From NCBI GenBank assembly GCA_021157815.1, contig JAGGVT010000059.1:1-60348 (forward strand): a stretch of DNA of 60,348 nt, given 5' to 3'. Of the stretch, positions 54,389 to 60,348 are shown piece by piece. The DNA is from a bacterium. GTDB lineage: Bacteria > JAJVIF01 > JAGGVT01. The notes beneath the pieces were generated by a model that saw only the letters and a list, made by a program, of their open reading frames with translations, had not been told where the DNA came from and did not search any database. Every line of letters starts with the position of its first letter. Within the stretch, counting starts at the first letter, position 1. A program made the translations under genes and the position numbers.

Positions 54389-55303
54389 CTAATTAATTAT
54401 GTAAGAAAAATAATCGCTTAAAGAATCCAGATCAAACCACTTATCCATAATCAGATAGTCCTCTGGAGGAATCTCATCATAACTAAATCTCTTGCTCATT
54501 TCTGTAATTTCCTCCAATGGCAGATACGATGTTTCATCCGACAACGAAATTGCATCCCAAGCGAAAAGGAGACTGGCACCGTATGTATATTTATATTTTA
54601 TATAATAGCGGTTGTGAGCATGGTCTATGCCGAATTCAAAAACTGCTTTATTATAATTACCATGTGGAATTTTTCTCCAGCCTTCCTCGACTAGCTGGGA
54701 CTCACTGAACAGTTCTTTGCCATCCGTTGGCAGTCTTTCGTGTTTCTTGTAAAAATTACGTAATAATCACGGCATTAGCTCCATAAGGAACTGGATTTTT
54801 GAATCAGCGCAGTCTGCCTTTTCTGTATACATTCGCCTTTCCCAGACATCATCCTCCATTACAATGGTGTATTTAACAAGGTCATCTGATTTTTGTACGA
54901 TGAATTCATATGCATAAGATTTATCGCCCAAAGCAGAATAAGAGATTCCAGCAGGATCATTCTGTGAAACATCCTGGCAGAAAAAATAGTGTTTCGAATT
55001 ATAAGGCGATTTGGGGACAGCGAGAATTAGCCCGGATTCGAGTAATTCATCAACATCGTGTGGTACTCTTTCCATGCAGTAGTAAAAATTATCCACAGAT
55101 AGATCTATCAAATCATTCATCTGATAGAACGGTTTCTGGTCATATGTTTCATCGATTGGCGGAGATGCTACTATCTCCCGTTCAATTGTGATAGGATCAC
55201 TTGTTTTATCAGGTTTTACGGAGACATTGCTTGATGAACAACCCATCACGAAAACTGCGATAAGTATCAGGCTTGAAAATAATAACGATTTCATATTAAT
55301 CAC
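54389..55303 (-). CDS. Lipoprotein of unknown function; the 178-codon ORF continues in frame through its TGA (54767-54769) for a further 125 codons
   Basis: Lipobox VMGCSS. Minus-strand codons 54766..54392 stay open in the same frame and contain no ATG until 9 codons upstream of... the last 37 codons (MSKRF..). The frame ends at TAG 54389-54391. Confidence 0.55.
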
Positions 55304-55329
55304 ATCCTTTTATTTTTGTCTAATATTAT

Positions 55330-55405
55330 GCGCTTCAATAAACTGTGTGGGTTATTTGCACCCCCGTAAAAAAAGGGGCATTCCCCGATAACGGGGTACG
55401 TCCAC
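55330..55405 (-). mobile_element. Family B element, truncated copy 3 (one TIR plus the core 3' end)
   Basis: gcgcttcaataaactgtgtgggttatttgcacccccgtaaaaaaaggggcattccccgataacggggtacgtccac aligns with the right end of 32165-32375. Confidence 0.75.
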
Positions 55406-55693
55406 TAGGAAATTGGTAATATCTACAACTTCAAGGACATCAGTCAGCGTTGCCTGACGGACTGGCGCCAGACTCGCGGTTACGTTTGACGGGTCGATGC
55501 TTAGATTAAACACCCCTAACATCCCGACTCCGCCTGCTGGTGAATTGTCAGGGAATCGGTCTGTCACGCCTACAGGAAATGATGTTTCACCGTCAATTTG
55601 CATTTCGGGTTGCGTGATTTGGGAATGATTCCCGGAACATCAGCCTAACAGTATAATAATTGTGATAGTTGCGATTGTTGAAATAAGTTTCAT
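55406..55693 (-). pseudogene. N-terminal fragment of a giant-lipoprotein-family gene, with an in-frame TGA inside the lipobox and truncation by the family B element
   Basis: ATG 55693 gives MKLISTIATITIIILLG-TGA(55640-55642)-CSGNHSQITQPEMQIDGETSF...GMLGVFNLSIDPSNVTASLAPVRQ.. The frame then runs into the repeat at 55405. Confidence 0.65.
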
Positions 55694-55780
55694 ACGTCAT
55701 CAACCTCACCAGAAATCAGGAGTACTAATTTTGAGCTATAATTTTATCATATTTGGTGCTGGGTTGCCGAATTGCATATT

Positions 55781-56224
55781 TCAATTGTACGATTCCATCA
55801 CATCACGACTCTCAGCCATGAGGTCGGGGACCAGGTCTTTCATGCCCGTTTGATCCCAGAATGGAAGTTTGCTGTGAGTTTCAAAGTATTTCAGCGGGAT
55901 GGGGTGAGTTCCCACAACCACCGGCAAGCCATAATGTTGTTCGATAAACGCCTTGAACTGGCGGATATGGGGGCAAGGGGGATAGCCAACTATCAGTCCT
56001 GTTGCGAGGTGAATGACATCGCATCCGTTTTTCAAAAACTCTGCCGGGACATACTCCACGTTTCCGCCCGGACATCCGCCACAGGTTGAATAACCGACAA
56101 TCTCCAACTGCTCGTTTCTGTCATAGCGTTCGAAGCCGCCTGTGCGCTCTCGCATCGACCGGAAGCATTTACCGCCACCGCAAGACTGGTATCTTCCACA
56201 GATAATAATCCCTATTCTTTTCAT
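55781..56224 (-). CDS. CGGC-domain protein
   Basis: Start at ATG 56224 (aggaagg SD). MKRIGIIICGRYQSCGGGKC...STCGGCPG. Confidence 0.75.
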   Translation of the reverse strand: MKRIGIIICGRYQSCGGGKCFRSMRERTGGFERYDRNEQLEIVGYSTCGGCPGGNVEYVPAEFLKNGCDVIHLATGLIVGYPPCPHIRQFKAFIEQHYGLPVVVGTHPIPLKYFETHSKLPFWDQTGMKDLVPDLMAESRDVMESYN

Positions 56225-56248
56225 TGTGCCTTCCTTTCCCACGCATAA

Positions 56249-56668
56249 TTACCTATTTCGTATAGAGCTCTGTTTGCTATTACATAGACTGTTCCGTCGG
56301 CGCCTATTGCTGGAAAAGGAGTCCGTCCCCTTTATCCATAAAGGTATTCCCGCACTTAACGCTGCGTCATAGATCTGCATCATGGACTCCTCGACAGCAT
56401 CGCGGAAATATGGATTTTTTATTGTGGACGCTTCGACAAGGTCAATCGGAACTCCAAAGAGCTCTTCAAGGCCTTCCAGCAATCCAAAGAAGTTGTCCGC
56501 ATGCTCGGATGGCTGCGTTGAATTGAATGTTACAAGGAAATCCAGATCGCTGGAATTCGATTCAAAAGTGTCTTTTGCAGCTGAACCAAATAATGCAAGC
56601 GTACGAACATTGCGTCTTGCGCAAATCTCCGTCAATTCCACCATCTTATCTTTGATCATGACATTCAT
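56249..56668 (-). CDS. MNT/MntA-type nucleotidyltransferase (antitoxin-like), orphan; the C-terminal ~38 aa are read from a repeat
   Basis: LALFGSAAKDTFESNSSDLDFLV (GS-x9/10-D.D). After ..MMQIYDA the ORF crosses the D-box ggataaaggggacggactcctttt (56313-56340, minus strand). Confidence 0.7.
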   Translation of the reverse strand: MNVMIKDKMVELTEICARRNVRTLALFGSAAKDTFESNSSDLDFLVTFNSTQPSEHADNFFGLLEGLEELFGVPIDLVEASTIKNPYFRDAVEESMMQIYDAALSAGIPLWIKGTDSFSSNRRRRNSLCNSKQSSIRNR

Positions 56669-56774
56669 AGAATTATTCCTTATCTTCTATAATACACCAA
56701 CTATCCGACAATAAAAAAGGGGGTTTTATCTTTTTGGAAAAATATGTAACTCGGAAACCTTTTAACGCGAAAAA

Positions 56775-56799
56775 CCCCAGCGAGGGGACGCCGGGTTAC
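56775..56799. repeat. Family H hairpin
   Basis: ccccagcgaggggacgccgggttac. Confidence 0.65.
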
Positions 56800-56814
56800 A
56801 GCTAAAACCAATTA

Positions 56815-57558
56815 CTAAAATCTACGCACCCACCCACCCGTAACATCAAGATTCGCGCCGTTGATGTATGATGCTTTTTCGCTTAGGAGGAAACTGACAG
56901 CGTCAGCGACATCGTCGGGTTTGCCGAGACGTTTTAGCGGCACTTGATTCGCGAATTTTTCGATTGTGCCATCGCTGAATCCGCCGGTGTCTATCATCCC
57001 GGGTGAGATCATGTTCACACGGACGCCGTGTTCGGCTTCTGTTGCGCTGAGGGATTTCATCAGGACATGAAGTCCCGCTTTGGATGCCTCATAAAGCGGA
57101 TAATCGGGAGCGGGAATCGGATTCGCGATTGAGCCTGTCCCGATGAAAATTACATTTCCACCGGTTTTTCGCAGGTGCTCCATCGCGTGATTGAGAATAA
57201 AAATCGCGCTCGATAGATTGACATCAATTAGCCGTCGCCATTCATCCGGTGATATGTTGTCGATATTACTCATCGTGAAATATCCGGCGTTGAGTATGAC
57301 AGCGTCGATTCGTCCGTGGTTAGCCAGGCAGTCTGATACGATTTTGCCGCAGGTTTCGGAATCGGTGATGTCTCCACGGGTTGAACTCAGCGCAAATTTC
57401 TTTTGAGCGAGTTCAGCGCTTAGTTTGGTGAATTCATCCACGCTGTTGTGATATGCGATGTGCAGGGAGAAACCATCATCCGCAAGTTTCGATGATATCG
57501 CGGCGCCGATTCCTTTGGCTCCGCCGGTTATTATCGCTGTTTTTGTGTGTTTGGTCAT
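56815..57558 (-). CDS. Short-chain dehydrogenase/reductase (FabG-like)
   Basis: Start moved to ATG 57558; the tracked leader lies in the family K repeat. TGGAKGIG, NAG, YxxxK (YEASKAG). Confidence 0.85.
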   Translation of the reverse strand: MTKHTKTAIITGGAKGIGAAISSKLADDGFSLHIAYHNSVDEFTKLSAELAQKKFALSSTRGDITDSETCGKIVSDCLANHGRIDAVILNAGYFTMSNIDNISPDEWRRLIDVNLSSAIFILNHAMEHLRKTGGNVIFIGTGSIANPIPAPDYPLYEASKAGLHVLMKSLSATEAEHGVRVNMISPGMIDTGGFSDGTIEKFANQVPLKRLGKPDDVADAVSFLLSEKASYINGANLDVTGGWVRRF

Positions 57559-57579
57559 GTTGATTCCGTGGTGGCAGTT

Positions 57580-57670
57580 TCCCCGGCACATCGGCAAACT
57601 CAGTACAAGCATGCCTGATTCACCTTAAAGAAAATTGTTAACTTTATTCGGGACGGCATGACCGGGTTAC
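57580..57670. repeat. Family K element (half copy)
   Basis: Colinear with 16873-16963. Confidence 0.7.
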
Positions 57671-57775
57671 AATTTGTGCTGCGTTTTGTGCTGCGGGCAT
57701 CCTGCCTGCATCTATTTACATCTTAAGTTACAACTCAGGATGCAGGCAGGATGCCTGCACCACAACACGAAAACC

Positions 57776-58744
57776 TTATCTACCACCCTCAAAATCCAGC
57801 GCGTCGAAATGCAGGTGATATTGAGGAGTGATAAGTGAATTCTCTATTTCAACCAGATTACCCGGCTTGGCATCATCGAAGATAACACACCTTTCAATTT
57901 TTTTTGTTATATCGCTAATCTGGATATTTGAACCGATGACAGAATCAATAACCTCGCATCCGTCAGGAATAGTTGTGTTGGGACCAATCATATTTTTCTC
58001 GCCGCGTTTTTTCAATTCAATGTAGTTGCATACCAGAAGGTCCTCGGGAAAGGTAATGTTGATATCATCCTTGACCGACTCCGCGACAAACACGGGGTAG
58101 CCATCATCGATGAAAATCTGAATCGAGTCAGTGATTTCATATTCATCCCGCATCGCAGTTCGAGGCGTTCGACGGAGAGCATCAAAAAACGGGAGATCAA
58201 AAAGATATATGCCGCAGCCTTTCATGTCGTTTTTAACATACCTCGGCTTCTCAATTACACGTTTGACCTGCCCTTTGTCATCCAGAACCACCGAGAAATT
58301 CCTTTTAATCGCATCCGGATCTTTTTCATGTTTCACCGCAAGCACAGCACCGGCTTTTTTTTCAAAAAACATGCTAACCATATCATCCAGTTTATGGGGC
58401 AGGATGAAAATATCGCCAAGGAAAAGTAAAAACGGGCTTTTTAGATGCCTTTCAAGCATATAGACAGCGTGCGCGATTCCCAGCTGCGATTCCTGTTCGA
58501 GAAAGGTAAGTTTCAATCCAAGCCAGTCACCTGTTCCGAACTGCTCCTCAAAAGCGCTTTTCAGATGTCCGACCACAAGAAATACCTCTTCGATACCAAC
58601 TTCGCGCATGTATTCCAGCTGGTACTGCACAATCGGTTTATTGCATATCGGCAGAAGCGGTTTGGGATAATTCTCGCTGATTGGCATAAGGCGTGAACCA
58701 CGTCCAGCGGCGAGAATCGCTCCGGTAAGTTTGGTGTCAGTCAT
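57776..58744 (-). CDS. Sugar-1-phosphate nucleotidylyltransferase with a C-terminal left-handed beta-helix
   Basis: Start moved to ATG 58744 (ggagag SD); the tracked leader lies in the family B repeat. GAILAAGRGSRLMPISENYPKPLLPI. Confidence 0.8.
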   Translation of the reverse strand: MTDTKLTGAILAAGRGSRLMPISENYPKPLLPICNKPIVQYQLEYMREVGIEEVFLVVGHLKSAFEEQFGTGDWLGLKLTFLEQESQLGIAHAVYMLERHLKSPFLLFLGDIFILPHKLDDMVSMFFEKKAGAVLAVKHEKDPDAIKRNFSVVLDDKGQVKRVIEKPRYVKNDMKGCGIYLFDLPFFDALRRTPRTAMRDEYEITDSIQIFIDDGYPVFVAESVKDDINITFPEDLLVCNYIELKKRGEKNMIGPNTTIPDGCEVIDSVIGSNIQISDITKKIERCVIFDDAKPGNLVEIENSLITPQYHLHFDALDFEGGR

Positions 58745-58782
58745 ATTCGCTCTCCATTCATAAATGGTTCTCTTAAAAAATA

Positions 58783-58975
58783 GGCGCTTCAATAAACTGT
58801 GTGGGTTATTTGTCCCACCGTAAAAAAAGGGGACAGTCCACATGAGGCTTCTAGTCAAGTGTTATCAATTAACTACGCTGCAAACCCGCATTTATACTAT
58901 ATTTATTCACTTGCTTGGGACAGTCCCCTTTTTTTACTCAATCTAAACTCAACCCACACGATTTATTGAAGACCC
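58783..58975 (-). mobile_element. MITE-like element, family B copy 2 (193 bp)
   Basis: TIRs ggcgcttcaataaactgtgtgggtt / aacccacacgatttattgaagaccc. Core at 58820-58937, inverted relative to copy 1. Confidence 0.8.
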
Positions 58976-59402
58976 AAAAAATAATGTCAACCGGAATGCA
59001 GTAAATCAAGTCCAATAAGATTAAATCATGAGATTGATATAAAATAAACCGGCTAAACGTTTCATCAATCTCTTTACTGCACACTAATAATATACTATCA
59101 TAGCCGGGATTTTTATATCGTCAATTAAATCAAATCTTAATGGAAATTAATTGATGTGACAAATTGGCGAAGGTGGAAAAAATGTCCCGTAGAACGAAAG
59201 TTGAATCAATCCGGGTTTGCCACCGCAAAAAGAAATCTGTAAATATTACCTAAATACGACTGCTTCCCATCAGGCATGGAAAGCAGACAGAAAGGAATCG
59301 GGAGAAATAGTAAGGTTGGCATTTAGCACTACATTTAATTTTGGCACATTATTTGGTGAATTATCCCTCGCTTTTAATTCAAAAAGGCTGAAGGGATGCA
59401 AA

Positions 59403-60110
59403 ATGACCAACCAATCAACCGATCAACTTTTTCGACAGCTTTCCAAAATACCATTATTAAAACCGGATGAAGAAAAACGATTATGGGCGGAGATGAAGAA
59501 TGATGATTCATTCGATGCGCGCCAGGAACTAATCGAACGTTATCAACCTCTGGTTTGCAGAATTATCGGAAAGCTCAGGCCACATGAGCAGGTGTATCTT
59601 GACCTATTCCAGGAGGGAATCGTAGGTTTAGTTGAAGCAGTAGAAAGGTTTGAACCCGAGCGCGGATATAAGTTTTCCACGTACGCAACATTCCGCATAC
59701 GAGGACGGGCGCTCACATATTTACAGAAAGCATCACGCCACAACCAGCAAATGCCTGAAATGGACAAACTTGCTTTGCTGACAGCAGGCAAGGAAAAAAT
59801 GCTCAAAGACCCGGATGACATCGCGCAGGACGCTTTCCTTCTTGAGCGAATCCATTACTGCATCCATGAACTTCCCCCCAAAGAGCGACGCGCGTTTGAA
59901 GCGGTCATTCTTGAGGAACGCGCGCCCAAGGATGTCTCTCAGGAACTTGGCATCTCGCGCAGCTATTTGTCCAGGCTGTTGAAAAAATCATGGCGACGAA
60001 TCAAGCTTATGATTGAGGACATTGAAGCTGACTATGAGGAAATGGTAGCGGAATCGGCGCAGAATTCTCCTTATGCGACTTCACAGTCACAAGAGCATGC
60101 AACGGTGTAA
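59403..60110 (+). CDS. Sigma-70-family RNA polymerase sigma factor (group 3-like)
   Basis: Start moved to ATG 59403. Region 2 DLFQEGIVGLVEAVERFEPERGYKFSTYATFRIRG; region 4 LPPKERRAFEAVILEERAPKDVSQELGISRSYLSRL. Confidence 0.8.
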   Translation: MTNQSTDQLFRQLSKIPLLKPDEEKRLWAEMKNDDSFDARQELIERYQPLVCRIIGKLRPHEQVYLDLFQEGIVGLVEAVERFEPERGYKFSTYATFRIRGRALTYLQKASRHNQQMPEMDKLALLTAGKEKMLKDPDDIAQDAFLLERIHYCIHELPPKERRAFEAVILEERAPKDVSQELGISRSYLSRLLKKSWRRIKLMIEDIEADYEEMVAESAQNSPYATSQSQEHATV

Positions 60111-60154
60111 CGCAATCAGAATTTAGAACGAGGATAATATTTAAAGCAAAAAAA

Positions 60155-60182
60155 TAGCAGAGGGTTTTTACCCTCTGCTATT
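60155..60182 (+). terminator. Hairpin terminator (gcagagggtt family)
   Basis: atagcagagggt-tttt-accctctgctat after the sigma-factor gene. Confidence 0.65.
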
Positions 60183-60247
60183 ATTATCATACTGAAAATG
60201 AAATGGAAACCCCGGCGAGAGTCCCTAAATCCGCGATTGAACTCGTT

Positions 60248-60323
60248 GTCATTCCGGGCTTGACCCGGAATCCATCTTGACAAGCGAAAAAGATATGGAT
60301 TCTGAATCAAGTTCAGAATGACA
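60248..60323 (-). repeat. Family J palindromic element
   Basis: Reverse complement of 46757-46831 (gtcattctgaacttgattcagaatcc...ggattccgggtcaagcccggaatgac). Confidence 0.75.
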
Positions 60324-60348
60324 ATTTATCACCCAATTGGTGAATTCA

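Noticed and set aside
57559-57612. N-terminal extensions of tracked ORFs (56815-57612, 57776-58858, 39641-40591, 59217-60110, 19932-20525, 5784-7151, 38208-39587)
   Set aside because: The extensions run through repeat elements or lack an SD. Internal ATGs with good SD sequences give N-termini typical of the families, so the starts were moved.
59182-59253. 23-aa basic small ORF MSRRTKVESIRVCHRKKKSVNIT with aaggtgg SD upstream of the sigma-factor gene
   Set aside because: It is too short and has no recognisable family. It could be a leader peptide, but I cannot support it from sequence alone.
1-60348. Genome-wide reassignment of TGA (code 4 or 25), suggested by three in-frame TGAs
   Set aside because: Long housekeeping ORFs (leuS 863 aa, RecQ fusion, 1011-aa lipoprotein) contain no in-frame TGA. 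mtnP, the SBBP gene 34401-35921 and others terminate at TGA at the expected lengths. At most there is local leakiness or recoding, or plain pseudogenisation.

Overview
60,348-bp window, standard genetic code, moderately AT-rich, from a non-model and probably anaerobic, fermentative bacterium. The taxon cannot be fixed from sequence alone. There are about 40 credible protein genes. Housekeeping and metabolic genes include leuS, rsmI, mtnP, a two-subunit class I fumarate hydratase, a GctA/GctB-type CoA-transferase, a CbiX-like chelatase, DUF1015, an SDR, a sugar-phosphate nucleotidyltransferase, a sigma-70-family factor, a PilC/GspF platform protein and an RRM RNA-binding protein. These are interleaved with an unusually large set of secreted/lipoprotein genes: SBBP beta-propeller repeats, PKD/He_PIG Ig-like repeats, a paralogous giant-lipoprotein family and a lipoprotein tetrahaem cytochrome. 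I saw no rRNA, tRNA, CRISPR, integrase or transposase. Main findings: (i) a RecQ-helicase::PRTase fusion is translationally coupled to a DprA-like gene (ShosTA-like architecture). It sits on a ~10-kb segment bracketed by ~166-bp direct repeats that duplicate the pilC 3' end. (ii) There is a TIR / TIR-TPR / HEAT-repeat cluster. (iii) Four phased arrays of an 8-bp unit (YTRCYAAC) flank surface-protein genes; two of them are equal-length inverted arrays around one gene. (iv) Three lipoprotein reading frames are each interrupted by one in-frame TGA. (v) Almost every intergenic region is filled with nested palindromic/MITE-like repeat families, one with a clean 9-bp target-site duplication, and several gene remnants are truncated by them. 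All domain calls are by-eye motif recognition; no searches were run.
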